Shown here piece by piece: positions 12,698-27,080 of a stretch of 64,000 nt of DNA; within the stretch, counting starts at the first letter, position 1, and each line of letters begins with the position of its first letter. Under the pieces are notes generated by a model, which was not told the DNA's origin, did no database searches, and was given only the letters and a program-made list of their open reading frames with translations. This stretch comes from Octopus vulgaris (lineage: Eukaryota), in assembly GCA_951406725.2 (NCBI GenBank), contig OX597825.1, forward strand, positions 81,654,001 to 81,718,000. The letters run 5' to 3'. The position numbers were made by a program, and so were the translations under genes.

Positions 12698-13092
12698 CCA
12701 AACGAATATATATATATACATCTATATATGTAACGAGGAAACTGTAATGAAGCAGGGAGATGAAGGAAAGAAGGAAAAACAGAAAGAAGTTAAAGGAGAG
12801 AGGGAGAGAGGGAGAGAGAGAGAATAAACCTGAGTGGGGATGAGGGTGGGGTGATGCGGATGAGAATGAAATCCAATACAAGAAGTGGAGGGGGATAAAT
12901 AATAAGGCCAGTGGCAAGAGAGAAGGAAGGAAGGAAGGAAGGAACGAGGGAACGAAGGAGAGTTGATGATGTATTAAAGGGAGAGCAGGGAAAGAGGGTG
13001 ATGAGGGGAGGTGGTAGGCGGCTGAGGGTGGGGGGAGGAGAGACCGTAAAAATCAATTAAAACAAAAAAGATACATGCAATAATGATAGTAC

Positions 13093-13133
13093 CGATGATG
13101 ATGATGACGGTGATGATGATGATGATGATGATG

Positions 13134-13230
<97 letters not shown>

Positions 13231-13378
13231 CGATAACGACGTCGATATGATGATGATGATGATGATGATGATGGTGGTGGTGATGATGAAGATGGTGGTG
13301 GTGATGATGATGATGATGGCGATGATGACGACGATGATGATGAGGAGGATAACGACGTCAATGATGATGATGATGATA
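13093..13378. repeat. (GAT)n microsatellite
   Basis: Direct reading. Confidence 0.95.
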
Positions 13379-13947
13379 AAAACAATAATAATAAAGCATA
13401 ATGTGACAATGGAGGAACGATTTTCTTTTCTTTTTCTGTTTTTTTTTTAACTCTCGCACATGCAGCTGCTGCTGCTGCTCCGGATGGAGTTCGAAACCCT
13501 CATGGGATTGCTTCGATGATGTCAAACGATGTCAGATAAACAGTGAAATGGGCGATAAATGCTCGAAAGTCAATGAAACTAAGAGTTGTTTTGTCACCTT
13601 GCCCTTCCTCCCACCCTTCCTCCCTCCCTCACTCCCTCGCTCACAAGCGCCTCCCACCATTTTGTTTCTCTCACCCCCTCTCTTCCTCTTGCCTTCTCCC
13701 TCCTTCCCTTATTTCTCTTATTGTCTTTCGTACGTTTCTCGCTCCCCCTCTCTTACTTTTCGCTTTCTCTCTCTCTCTCTCTCTCTTTCCTGCACTCTCT
13801 TATTTCTTCCTCTTCTATTTTCTTTTCCTTTTCTACTTATATCTATCTAATGCTATATACGTGTATGCATTCATATATGCATGTATGTATGTATGTAAGC
13901 AAGCACATATATATATATATATACATATATACATCCATCCATCCACA

Positions 13948-13991
<44 letters not shown>

Positions 13992-13998
13992 TATGTAT

Positions 13999-14035
<37 letters not shown>

Positions 14036-14045
14036 TATGTATTCG

Positions 14046-14076
<31 letters not shown>

Positions 14077-14145
14077 CTAATATGTGTGTGAGCGCGTGTA
14101 TATACGATGTCTGTATGTCAGTACGCTCATATTTGTGTGTGTGTC

Positions 14146-14196
<51 letters not shown>

Positions 14197-14207
14197 CTAT
14201 GTGTGCG

Positions 14208-14248
<41 letters not shown>

Positions 14249-14417
14249 ATATATATAAATATGTGTGTGTGTTTGCAGATATGCAGTCACAAACACGCGC
14301 ACACACGTACACACTCACACAACGCACAATATGTGTGTGTGTGTGTACATCAACCTTCATATACGATTATATACGTTTGTGTACCCATGTAGATATATTT
14401 TTATGTGTGTATGCATC

Positions 14418-14462
<45 letters not shown>

Positions 14463-14600
14463 ACGCACACATCTATCCATATATCACGCATATGTTTGGC
14501 TATATGTCTCGCTTGCCCTCTTTCACAGTTACGCCTTCTCTCTCTCTCTCTTACTCTCCCTCCTTGTCTAAATGTCACTCTAGCTTTTTCTATCTATCTT

Positions 14601-14664
<64 letters not shown>

Positions 14665-15336
14665 CCTATCTATCTATTTGCTTGCCTGTCAACTTCTCTC
14701 TCTCTTTCTCTCACTCACTCTCTCCTTCTCTCCTCTCGATCTCTCTTTCACCCAATGGTATTCAATACCACTCATTTTTACCCTCACGTTCCTGTCTATG
14801 TCTTCATCTTCAAACATGCCCCCCGTCTCCCCCTCTCTCTCCAATAAATTCGCCTCCATTAGTATGTCTATTTCCCTTCAACGTCCATCTCTCTCTTCCT
14901 CCTCCCCTCTTCTCCTCCTCCATTTCCCCTCTCCTCCTCCTCCATTTCCCCTCTCCTCCTCCATTTCCCCCTCTCCTCCTCCTTCAACTCTTCCCCTCCT
15001 CTACCCCTCCTCTCTCCCATCACTTTTACTCCTTAATGGCTGATGATTGCTCGACCCTTATTACACAAGCAATATGGCGTCTCTAGCCTAGACGTGACCA
15101 TTTAGGAAGAAACCAGGCTTCGCACGGCACGGTGTAGCTAGGCGAAGCGTGGCGGACAGTGTCCTGCGGCGTGGTAGAAGCAGAGGTATTAAAGGGGTAT
15201 CAAAGAGGAGTAGTGGGTAAGATTAGGATTATAGGAGGATGAAGCAGGACATTAAGGAGAAAACGATGAACTGAAAAACAAAGATATATAGAGAGATAAC
15301 GGAAACGATTAATAGATTATACTTGCATTTATATAC

Positions 15337-15387
<51 letters not shown>

Positions 15388-15724
15388 CATGTATGTATGC
15401 ATGTATGTATACATAGCTATATAGACACACACACATACACACATACACACACAGAGAGACAAAGAAGAAGAAGAAGAACACAAGTGAGGTTCAAAATTCA
15501 CAACAACCGTATCGGCAACATTTTATTGATGCATCCTTAGATTACATCATGGCAAAAACCCCGCCAACGTCAGGTAACTTTGAAGCATATAAGCAGTTGA
15601 ATCAGAAACGCATGTGTTTGTACGTGTGTGTGTGTGTGTATGTGTGTGTGCTTGTGTGTGTATATATATAAATATATATATAGATATACATACGTATACA
15701 CACACACATATATATGTTTCTATG

Positions 15725-15758
<34 letters not shown>

Positions 15759-15774
15759 CATATATTCTTTCATT

Positions 15775-16165
15775 TCTTTTCTTGTTTCAGTCATATGACT
15801 GGAGCCATGCTGGAGCACCGCCTTAAAGGGTTTTATTCGAAGCAATCGACCACAGAACTTATTCTTTGTAAGCCTAGTACTGATTCTATCATTCTCTTTG
15901 CCGAACCGCTAAGTTGTGGAGACGTAAACACACCAACGTTGGTTGCCAAGTAATAGTGGTGGGATAAAGACAGACACAAAGACGCACATCAATATATATA
16001 TATATATATACGATGGGTTTCTTTCAGTTTCCGTCGACCAAATTCACCCACAATGTTTTGGTAGGCCGAGGTTATAGTAGAAAACACTTGCCCAAGGTGC
16101 CTCACAGTGGGACTGAATCTGAAACCATGTGGTTGGGAAGCAGGCTTCTTACCACACAGCTACTC
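15775..16165 (-). mobile_element. SINE family B
   Basis: Reverse complement of 12320-12697. Confidence 0.85.
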
Positions 16166-16486
16166 CTATATGATATATCCAACATTGAACTCTTGTTAGA
16201 ACACCGAATACTGATGTATTAGTCTTGAGAGGGTTTCTCATATAAGCTCACGGGTTGGCACAGAAGCACAGATATAAATCGTAGCAAGCAAGATACGTAT
16301 GTCACATCCGTTATGGGCGCCGTCTGTGCTTTTATGCATCAAGCACTATATTAGAGGACCCTCTCAAGGCGAACACCTCAGTATTTGACGTTCGAATTAA
16401 GCATTCACGTTAAGGTGGATATAAAGATTGCCATTTCATATGAATACTGCTTCTGTAGCTAATAATTACTTATACATACCTCGCCA

Positions 16487-16655
16487 TGATTGATCGCTAA
16501 ATTCAGAAGTTGTTTTATTCTCTCTGTTTATTTTCTCAATCATTTCTGTTGAAGAGCGTAGGCTCGAAATGTAAAAGACTTTCCCGAGCATCAAACTAAT
16601 ACTTTTGCTTGTTGTTCATACACCACTTGTCTTCGTCTTTTGCTTTTTTGTAAAT
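16487..16655 (+). mobile_element. Hammerhead-bearing short repeat family H2 (motif at 16543-16578)
   Basis: TTT-CTGTTGA-A-GAGCgtagGCTC-GAAA-TGTA-AAAG plus shared downstream AAACTAATAC..TGTCTTCGTCTTTTG; four copies in the window. Confidence 0.65.
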
Positions 16656-16762
<107 letters not shown>

Positions 16763-16764
16763 GA

Positions 16765-16890
16765 CTTCTCTTTGCGTTACACCAGTCCACCCAACTGGTA
16801 AAAGTAAGCAAACGTGGGACGGACCAACGTCCTTGGCAGCGGAGAATATATATACTCCACGGAAATTAGGAGACCGGCCTATGAAGCTCT
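16765..16890 (+). mobile_element. SINE family C, 3' fragment
   Basis: CCAGTCCACCCAACTGG..GGAGACCGGCCTATGA similar to 31140-31260. Confidence 0.5.
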
Positions 16891-17084
16891 ATAATTCGGA
16901 AGGATCTTTTGGGATTCTAGAAACTCTCTTCAAACCACACCTCGGTCCGGTCACCAGTTTAGCCTCCAACGATCCATCAATGCAACGGTTTGCACTAAAT
17001 TACATACTGTCGCCAGCACCCAGACTGACCCACCTTATCGTTTAGGATAGAGTGACTCAGTGTGTGTGTGTGTTATAGGAATTA

Positions 17085-17220
17085 TGCTTCTCAACCACAT
17101 GGTTCCAGGTTCAGTCCTATTGAGTAGCACCTTGAGCAAGTGTCTTCTACTATAGCTCCGGGTCGACCATAGCCTTGTAAGTGATTTTGGTAAACAGAAA
17201 CTTAAAGCAGCCCGTCGTAT
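17085..17220 (+). mobile_element. SINE family B, 5' half
   Basis: CAACCACATGGTTCCAGGTTCAGTCC..CACCTTGAGCAAGTGTCTTCTACTATAGC. Confidence 0.8.
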
Positions 17221-17227
17221 ACAAACA

Positions 17228-17302
<75 letters not shown>

Positions 17303-17430
17303 TTTAATTCATAGATATTTGAACTAAAATCAAAAAATAATAAATTAAACTCATTAGAACTACCCATGAAATCATTCTTTTTTCTTTTGCAAATATACCA
17401 AACCGTACCAAGGATCTCACACATTTTCCA

Positions 17431-17466
<36 letters not shown>

Positions 17467-17708
17467 GTGCTTGTCTTACTTTCCTTTTCCAAAATAATTC
17501 TCATATTGAACCCTAATATTTCCTTCTATTTTTCCATCGCACATCGTCTTCCATGAAGGGATATCCCTAAACAGCTGTAAGACTAATTTTCTCTTTATAT
17601 ATGTCGTGAAAATTCCACAGTCTTGGCTTTGTTGTCCCATTTTATTTACCACACACACACACACACACACATATATTTGCATATATATTTACACACACAC
17701 ACATATGA

Positions 17709-17777
<69 letters not shown>

Positions 17778-17828
17778 TGTGTGTATGTATGTATGTATGT
17801 ATGTATGTATGTATGCCTTTCTGCTTGT

Positions 17829-17993
17829 TTTGTTGCCCACCACAGCTTGACAGATGGTGTTGCTTTGTTTACATCCTTGTAACTTTGCGAATCATTTAAT
17901 AATCGGCAGAATAAATAACAGAGTTTGGAGTCGATTTGTTCGACTAAATACTTCAAGGCGGAGGTGTAGCATGGCCGCAGTCTGGATAAAAGA
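17829..17993 (+). mobile_element. SINE family B, 3' half (diverged)
   Basis: GTCGATTTGTTCGACTAAA..AAGGCGG..GCATGGCCGCAGTC. Confidence 0.7.
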
Positions 17994-18011
17994 TAATATA
18001 CATACATACAT

Positions 18012-18060
<49 letters not shown>

Positions 18061-18193
18061 ATAAAGGATCGTGGGTATTAACTCACATATTTGTTTTCTT
18101 GTGATTTCCTTTGCATTTACTTCGCATTGTCTTGGCCTTACCCACAATCCCTTATACAATATATTCTACACAATGCTTCATAGTAGATATTCC

Positions 18194-18265
<72 letters not shown>

Positions 18266-18297
18266 ATTATGGAATAATATATATATATAATATATAT

Positions 18298-18335
<38 letters not shown>

Positions 18336-18864
18336 CTGATTTATATACATTTGGCTTCTTTTTTTATTTCGTGAGCCCCAGGCTGAATAAATCGAAAGCA
18401 GAACCGAGATTCGAAATCTTAACCATAGAACCGGCATCCAAAACTACCGTAACATGTCTAACCAGATTCGCCAACATTTCTCTTAAAACCTCTGCGTTGA
18501 CAAACAGTTTTAATAGCCATATGTAGCTGACCAATACATAATGCCTACACGTCTTGTGATCTTGAAGAGATTACCTGAATGTCAACAGTTCTTATTACTA
18601 ATATAAATAGCCATTTTACTACAAATTACTGGAGTAAATCGACAGGTTGCACCAAATTATTTCAATAAATCGCCGTATTGTTATAAATTACCTGTGTAAA
18701 TAGCTCTATTACGTCGAATTATTTCAATAAATAGCTACATCGCAACGAATTACTAAACTCAATAGTGTGTATATATATATATATATGTATGTATATGTAT
18801 GTATGCATGTATATATATGTGTGTGTGTGAGTGTGTCTGTATGTATATATATGTATATATATGC

Positions 18865-18900
<36 letters not shown>

Positions 18901-18917
18901 GTTTTATCTCTAATTTA

Positions 18918-18970
<53 letters not shown>

Positions 18971-18973
18971 ATG

Positions 18974-19034
<61 letters not shown>

Positions 19035-19178
19035 GTGCATATTGTATTAATGTTTGTTTTTATGTCGAGTTGTATATAAAACAATTGAGTATGAAACAGA
19101 AGAATTACTCAATAAACGGTTATTTAACCTTTGCTGGGAAAACGTTAGTAGTGACTTCGAAGTTTCGGTTTGCTCGCC

Positions 19179-19226
<48 letters not shown>

Positions 19227-19310
19227 TATGTGTATGTGTATCAGCGCACGAAGCTGCCGCTCCTTGAGTCACTGATGCTCCTGCTAAGGATTAATAAAAG
19301 ATATATGTAT

Positions 19311-19644
19311 ATAAAATCAAACCCCAAAGTCTTCTTTAAGAATTCCTCTGAAAATGTTGTTGTGTGCTGCAGGGTAGGGCCACTCCTTCCAAAAGATGGT
19401 CCCCTCACGTGAAAACTCAGAAGGTTAAATGAAACACTGAATGAGAAATTCAAAAGTCTTTCCACCTCATCCATACGGTACATGCAAGCCAGCAAACCTG
19501 GAAAATTCTTTGCCTCCACAGATATAAAACATGAGACTGTAACAATTGATTACATCCATATCAAAGAAGAAGATGTAATACTGGTCAAAAATTAGGTAGG
19601 CGCAAACTCAGTTGGCGGCCCCGATGAATTCCCAGCAGTCCTTC
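19311..19644 (+). mobile_element. Degenerate CR1/L2-group LINE ORF2 fragment (region before the RT domain)
   Basis: IKSNPKVFFK..VGPLLPKDGPLT..NETLNEKFKS..DYIHIKEEDV..NSVGGPDEFPAVL, with stops and frameshifts. Confidence 0.7.
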
Positions 19645-19704
19645 GCTAAGCATCGGTTTCAAGCGAAGATGGGTGTACAAACAGTGACACGCAAACATAT
19701 ATAT

Positions 19705-19850
19705 ATGTTTCTTTCTGTGTTCCTTTCTGTGGAAGAGCGTAGGCTCGAAATGTTAAAGACTTTTTCACTTCCCGAGCGTTAAACTAATACATCTGTTTGT
19801 TGTCTAGACCACCTGTCTTCGTCCTTTGTTTCTTTTTCGCGAAAACTCCC
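19705..19850 (+). mobile_element. Hammerhead-bearing repeat H2 (motif at 19723-19758)
   Basis: CTTT-CTGTGGA-A-GAGCgtagGCTC-GAAA-TGTT-AAAG. Confidence 0.65.
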
Positions 19851-19858
19851 TAAATATA

Positions 19859-19918
<60 letters not shown>

Positions 19919-19941
19919 TATATACATATATACATATATAC

Positions 19942-20101
19942 ACGATGGACTTCTTTCAGTTTCCGTCTACCAAATCAACTCACAAGGCTTCGGTCGCCCC
20001 AAGGCTATAGTAGAAGACACTTGCCCAAGGTGCCACGCAGTGGGATCGAACCAGGAACCATGTGGTTGGTAAGCCAACTACTTACCACACAACCATTCCT
20101 G

Positions 20102-20105
<4 letters not shown>
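19942..20105 (-). mobile_element. SINE family B, 5' half
   Basis: Reverse complement of the family B head and core. Confidence 0.85.
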
Positions 20106-20151
<46 letters not shown>

Positions 20152-20393
20152 TAGAAATATATACATACGTACGCATATATAGGAATATATGTCTGCATAT
20201 GTATGTATGTATTGTGTAAGTACGTATTTATGTATATTTACATATATTTATAAATTTAACTTTAATTCCGGTACAAAATTACAGCCTCAATAAATGCTCA
20301 GAAGTTATTCTTGAAAGTGCTTTAAAATAGAAATGATTATTTTAACACACTCACACACACACACACACACACAAAGCTACATACACGCTGATT

Positions 20394-20453
<60 letters not shown>

Positions 20454-20550
20454 CATATAAATATCTATATATATATATCTACATACACAGACACCACATA
20501 AGAATAAATATATATAAAGAAAGAAATGAAAGATAGATAGATAGATAGAT

Positions 20551-20599
<49 letters not shown>

Positions 20600-20620
20600 T
20601 AGAGAGAGAGAGAGAGAGAG

Positions 20621-20664
<44 letters not shown>

Positions 20665-20816
20665 GGACAGATAGAATCTATCATATCCATTAATTATAAT
20701 CCAACACAATTTACTTACATAGATATGCTAATAAGGCAACACGACTGGAATACTTACAAATGATGATTACAGGGTTGTTCCCTCTTTTGATATCCCGAAC
20801 TTGGGATGTATTCGCT

Positions 20817-20855
<39 letters not shown>

Positions 20856-21034
20856 CTTTATGCGTATACACACACACACACACACATACACACACACTCA
20901 TTCACATATACGCATACACACACACGCACACATATATAAATATTTACATATATCTATATTTATATTTATCTATTATATCTATATCTATCTATCTATCTAT
21001 CTATATATATATATGTATACATAGATACATACAT

Positions 21035-21087
<53 letters not shown>

Positions 21088-21133
21088 TTATGTGTTTGTA
21101 TGTATCAGTGCAAATGTTTAATTTTTCTTATAA

Positions 21134-21164
<31 letters not shown>

Positions 21165-21177
21165 AATATCTGTGTGT

Positions 21178-21216
<39 letters not shown>

Positions 21217-21597
21217 ATATATGTATATATATATATATATATATCCATATATATACAGGTATATATGTATGTATAGATATATATATACACGTATGTATAT
21301 ATATATATTATATATATATACGTATGTATGTATATCTATTATGTAAATATCCACTTATATTGATACCTACACATGTATAATTAGCGATAACGTATACCCA
21401 GCTCTAATACCCATACCTCACTCCCTCCCTCCCTACCTACCTACCTATCCACCTACCCACCTACCTATCAATTACTTACCTACATACATATAAATATATG
21501 CATTTGTAGATAAAATCGCATTTCATTAATCAACAATACATAACTATCTGTTTGTGACTCTCTCCATAAGAGTGTGGCTGATATACATACATCCATA

Positions 21598-21743
<146 letters not shown>

Positions 21744-21780
21744 GTATATATGTATGTATGTATCTATGTATGTATGTATA

Positions 21781-21890
21781 CAGGGAGTCCCGAAAAATAA
21801 GTATACACTTCACAGTTTGTCTATATTTATGTTAAATCTCGTAAATGCTCGAGCAGACTTCCGACGACAATGCAACATTCCTCAAGCGTG
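21781..21890 (-). mobile_element. Tc1/mariner 3'-end fragment
   Basis: TA|CAGGGAGTCCCGAAAAATAAG TIR-like end; minus strand reads [16 protein letters not shown], like the C-terminal RL..C....G..FEH motif. Confidence 0.6.
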
Positions 21891-21974
21891 ACCAGAAGGA
21901 TTTCGTTTCGTTTTCTTTTTTTTCTTTTTCTTTCTTTTTTTTATATATATTTGTTTTAGTCATCAGATTATGTA

Positions 21975-22155
21975 TGGCCATGCTGTAACACTACCTTGAG
22001 GAATTTTTTTTTGTCGAATGAATCGGTCACCTGTACATTTGTTTTTTTTACTTTTTGTTTTTTTTTCCTTTCGGTGTCTTTTGCCGAACCGCTTTGTTAC
22101 GGAGATGTAAACTCGCCAACACCGGTTGTCATGTGGTGGTGGGGGACAAACAGAC
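21975..22155 (-). mobile_element. SINE family B, 3' half
   Basis: TTGCCGAACCGCT..GGAGATGTAAAC..CCAACACCGGTTGTCA. Confidence 0.75.
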
Positions 22156-22483
22156 ATGAACACACCTATCTATCTATCTACACACAAACACACACACACA
22201 TACATGCATATCAAGTATAATCAGCCAAAATTCCGAAGATAATCTGCGGAAATTACTGGTACAGCCCGATGGTTGATTTTGTGAAATCGTACATGTAATA
22301 CTAACCATTTACCTAATGAAAAGTGACTTCATGTTTTCTTGCATTTAATTATATAAAAAGGCAATCTGTATATCCAGCTTAACGTGGATGTGTTTTTAGA
22401 ACGGCCAATGCTACGGTATTCACCCCGAAAAGTCTTCTTATGTAGACGCACAGCGCTTAAATGCACACGCATATATCGCAATA

Positions 22484-22761
22484 CAGTAATCCCTCGACTA
22501 TCGCGGGTGTTACGCTCTACCTCATCCCCCACCCTTCCACGATACGTGAAAATCCGCGAAGTAGAAACAGTAGTCTGTATTGTATGTTTTTTTAAAAATT
22601 ATTTTTATAATTTGTATATATTAGTTTTATTGTAAATGTAAAACAACACCACGGAGAAATTGACGTAAGCTTAAATAATAAAGCGCGATAGGTGAAACGC
22701 GATAGGTGAACCGCAATAGGTGAACCGCGATAGGTGACCGCGATATGGTGAGGGATTACTG
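22484..22761. mobile_element. Tigger/pogo-type MITE with internal ~14-bp tandem repeat
   Basis: TA|CAGTAATCCCTCGACTATCGCGG ... CCGCGATATGGTGAGGGATTACTG|TA; CGCGATAGGTGAAC repeated about four times near the right end. Confidence 0.85.
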
Positions 22762-22826
22762 TAAACCAAAATCGTCTAGGATGGCTGCTGGAAAAACCAG
22801 CTCACGTGATTTCAAGTGGTAGGTAC

Positions 22827-23370
22827 CAGGTCGCGAAGTTTTTTCCCACGAGAGTTCCAGACCCCAGTAATGAACTCATTTGCATACAGCCAATCAGAGC
22901 TCACCTTGACCTTGTTGCTAAGTTAGCAAACACACTCTACCAAGTAAACTCAAGACGGAGAACGGTGTTGTAAGTCAACCGATCGCCAAGTTATGCCTGG
23001 TTTTAGGAGTCAAGTAATTAGACAGATTTGCATCTGTACCTATTATTGGATTTTGTTAGGGCCCCTTATGGTAAAGATGTAGATGGGAAAAATGTGGGTA
23101 GAGGGTGACGTGCTAGCAACCCTCTTCCCTTAATGTTTTGAAAAGTAAACAACACAAATAACTACGCAGAGGCAACCAGGGTTGAAACAAGAACAAGAAC
23201 AACGAGAGAAAAGCGGCAGGGTCATTCCTTACCCAGGTGATCTTATCTTATCACCCATCACTTGTTATGCGCTCATAAATTAGTTTGATAGTTGAGCTCT
23301 GATTGGCTGTATGCAAATGAGTTCATAAGTGGGGTCTGGAACTCTCGTGGAAAAAAAAATTCGCTGCCCG
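22827..23370. mobile_element. Non-autonomous DNA-transposon-like element with ~75-bp inverted repeats
   Basis: 22833-22903 is the reverse complement of 23293-23364; each arm has ATTTGCAT and CCAATCAG. Confidence 0.65.
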
Positions 23371-23666
23371 ATCAGTGCATAACAGCCAAATCTTGTTGCT
23401 AACGATATATAGACTGACAGAGTCTTTTCAGAAACTAATAACAAAAATAGCCAACAGGCTTAATAAAAAATAAGCGACGAATGAAGTGTTGATACCAGAA
23501 GTTGGATACGAAGGCTGCCTTTTGATATCAATATGGCTTCTGTCGCTTATGTTTATTTTATTATATATTTTATTATGATGGAGGTTGGTCTGTGAACCAA
23601 CCAAACACCCATCCATCCATCCATCCATCCATCCACCATCCATCCATCCACCTATCTATCTGTCTG

Positions 23667-23745
<79 letters not shown>

Positions 23746-24028
23746 GTCTGTCTATCTATCTATCTGTTTGACTATCTATCTGTCTTTCATCTATTCTCTG
23801 TCTCTCTTTTGACTTCTCTCGCATTCTTTCCTATCTCTCTTTCTATCTCTCTACACATACACACACACGCACATATATATATACATACACACATACATAC
23901 ATCTATATATACATACACACACACACACGCACACATACACATATATATGTATACATACATGAATATACATATATACATGCACACACACGCATACACATAT
24001 ATAAGCACATGTATACATATATACATAT

Positions 24029-24060
<32 letters not shown>

Positions 24061-24799
24061 TTATGTATTTTTGTATTTATCTACCAGTCAGTATAGATAA
24101 CGGTCAACGGTCTAAAAACTGCCGTCAGATGTTCCCCTGTGCCACCATGTCACATCTCGAAAGTAATTCAATTGTAAACATCAAAAGAAACTTGATTTTA
24201 ACCCAATAAAAGCTACAGAAGCACTCAATTACCGTTCCATTTCGAAAGAAAGACAGGAATGGTAAACAAAGCAAATTCAGAGAACAGGACAATCACTGAC
24301 AGAAAAATGCTTTCAACAAGGAAGAACATAAAACATAATGCGGGTCTCCCACCGTTTCTTTCTTGTTATTTTAGTGTTTTGTTCTCTTATATCGTGTACT
24401 GGTTTAGATCATTGGAATACGACCATGCTAGGGCACTGTCTTCAGTGATTTGGACGAACAAAACGACCCCAGTGTTAGTTTTATTTTATTTTTGTCTTTT
24501 AAAGTCTGGTATTTTATTCTGTCGGACACTTTTGCCGTGCCACTAAGTTGCGGAGACATAAGGAAATAAACACAAACACAAAGGCACACGCACATACTGA
24601 CATACATACATATGTATGTATATATGTATGTACGTACGTATGTATGTATGTATGTATGTATGTATGTATGTATGTATGTATGTATGTATGTATGACATAC
24701 ATATGTATGTATATATGTACGTACGTACGTATGTATGTATGTATGTATGTATGTATGTATGTATGTATGTATGTATGTATGTATATAACGGGAAGCTTT

Positions 24800-24960
24800 A
24801 TGAAAATAAACAAAAGACGAAGGCAGGGGGAATACAAACAAACAAGTGTATTAGTATGGCGCTCAGGAATATAAATAAAACAAGTCTTTTACGTTTCGAG
24901 CCTACGCTCTTCAACAGAAAGATACACAGAAAAGAAACACGGAGAGAAACAAGGAGAGAA
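24800..24960 (-). mobile_element. Hammerhead-bearing repeat H2 (motif at 24885-24922)
   Basis: Minus strand TCTTT-CTGTTGA-A-GAGCgtagGCTC-GAAA-CG-TA-AAAGA, with a 5-bp stem I. Confidence 0.7.
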
Positions 24961-25004
24961 AATATATATATATATGTGCGCAGGCGTGTCTGTGTGGTGA
25001 GAAG

Positions 25005-25310
25005 GTGCTTCAGTCTCGCTATATATGAATGGATTTGGTAAACGGAAACTGAAAGAAGCCCGTCGTATATATAAATATATATATATATATATATGTCTTA
25101 ATGTGTGTGTTTGTGCCTGTGTGTGACTCCCAGCACAGCTTGGCAATCGGCGTTGGTTTGTTTACGTCCGCATAACTTAACAGTTCGGCAAAAAACAGGA
25201 TAAGTTCCAAGCTTTAAAAAAAACGTACTGGTGCCGATTCGTTCAGCTAAAAGTTATTCAATGCGGTGCCCCAGCATGGCCGCAGTCTAGTGACTGAAAG
25301 AAGTAAAAGA
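25005..25310 (+). mobile_element. SINE family B (5'-truncated)
   Basis: GGATTTGGTAAACGGAAACTGAAAGAAGCCCGTCG..CAGCATGGCCGCAGTC. Confidence 0.85.
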
Positions 25311-25487
25311 TACAAGATGTGTGTATGTGTGTGAATGTGTGTGTATGTGTATGTGTGTGTATATGTGTGTGTATGTGTGTGCATGTGTATGTGTGTGTAT
25401 GTGTGTGTATTTGTGTGTGTGTGGTAAAATGTACGGAAAACGGGAAAAAATCCCACAAATGATGTGGAAGCGCTCATCCCTCATCAG

Positions 25488-25640
25488 ATGGGCTTCTTTC
25501 AGTTTCCATCTACCAGACCAACTCAAAAAGTTTTGGTTGGCTCAAAGCTATAGTAGAAGGCACTCGCGCAAGGTGCCACGCAGCGGGACTGAACCACAAA
25601 GCATGTCATTGCAAAGCGAGTTTATTAACCAAACAGCCAC
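25488..25640 (-). mobile_element. SINE family B, 5' half
   Basis: GGGCTTCTTTCAGTTTCC..CAAGGTGCCACGCAGCGGGACTGAACC. Confidence 0.8.
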
Positions 25641-25869
25641 ACTTCTTCACTTTTTTTTCATTAATTTTATATTTAATACGAATCAAAAGATTATCGGACA
25701 TTTCGCCAAATGCAAATGTTTTTATTAGATTTTAATTGCAATTTTAATTTCACTTAACTTCGATCTCTTTAAACTTAAATAAAATAAGAATTATTAATAT
25801 AATGATTAAAGGAATTTGTGATGTTTTATTGATGTTGTTTTTCTTCATTATTATTTTACAAACGCACGA

Positions 25870-26645
25870 GGCAAGCGAGCTGGCAGAATCGGTAGCACGC
25901 CGGTCGAAATGCTTAGCGGCATTTCGTCTGCTTTTACGTTCTGAGTTCAAATTCTGCCAAGGTCAAATTTGCCTTTCATCCTTTCGGGGGGTCGATATAA
26001 CCGACTTAATCCGTTTGTCTGTCTTTGTCCTCTCTTTGTTTAGTCCATTGTGGGTAGTAAAGAAATAGGCATTTCGTTTATTTTTACGTTCTTGGTTCAA
26101 ATTCTGCCGAGGTCGACATTGCCTTTCATCCTTTTGGGGTCGATAAATTAAGTACCAGTTACGCACTGAGGTCGATCTAGTCGACTGGTCCCCTCCCCCA
26201 AAATTTCAGGCCTTGTGCCTAAAGTAGAAAAGAATATGTTAGGCAGCGAGCTGGCAGAAATGTTAGCACGTCAGGCGAAATGCTTAGCGGCATTTCGTCT
26301 GGTTTTTACGCTCTGAGTCAAATTCTGCCGAGGTCAACTTTGCCTTTCATCTTTTCGGAGTCAATAAATGAAGTACCAGTTGCGCACTGAGGTCGATCTA
26401 ATCGACTTGCCCCCTCCCCTCAAAATTCCAGGCTTTGTGCCTTGAGTAGAAAAGAATCGGTAGTACGCCAAGCAAAATGCTTAACAGCATTCCGTCTGTT
26501 TTTACGTTCTGGGTTCAAATTCTGGCGAAGTCGACTATGCGTTTCATCTAATGGGAGTCGATAAATTAGGTACCAGTTGAACACTGGGGTTGATGTAATT
26601 GAATTACCCCCTCCTCGAAATTGCTGGCCTTGTGCCAAAATTTGT
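25870..26645 (+). mobile_element. Head-to-tail array of three SINE family A copies
   Basis: Heads at ~25870, ~26242 and ~26455; repeated B-box/body units. Confidence 0.9.
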
Positions 26646-26705
26646 AATCATTATTTCATATACGCAGAAAAGAAAGCTTCCGAACATCTGGCTACAAGTG
26701 CTATT

Positions 26706-27080
26706 CTTTTACTTGTTTCAGTCATTTGACTGCGGCCATGCTGGAGCACCGCCTTTTAGTCAAAGAAATTGCAGCCAGAACTTACTCTTTGTATCTGTCT
26801 CTTTTGCCGAACCTCTAATATACAGGGACGTAAACTCGCCAGCATCGGTTGTCAAGCGATGGTGAAGGGACAAACACCGACACAAATACACAAATATATA
26901 TATATAAATGTATATATACGACGGGCTTCTTTCAGTTTCCATCTACCCAATCCACTCACAAGGCTTTGGTCGGCCCGAGGCTATAATAGAAGACACTTGC
27001 CTAAGGTTCCACAAAGTGGAACTGAACCCGAAACCATGTGGTTGTGAAGCAAGCTTTATACCACACAGACACGCCTGCGC
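26706..27080 (-). mobile_element. SINE family B, near full length
   Basis: Reverse complement of 12320-12697. Confidence 0.9.

Noticed and set aside
14905-14980. 22-bp tandem triplication (similar 20-bp triplication at ~35350-35420)
   Set aside because: Ordinary slippage within CT-rich low-complexity sequence
16222-16370. 14-bp imperfect inverted repeat, possible MITE
   Set aside because: Too short, with no clear TSD and no second copy
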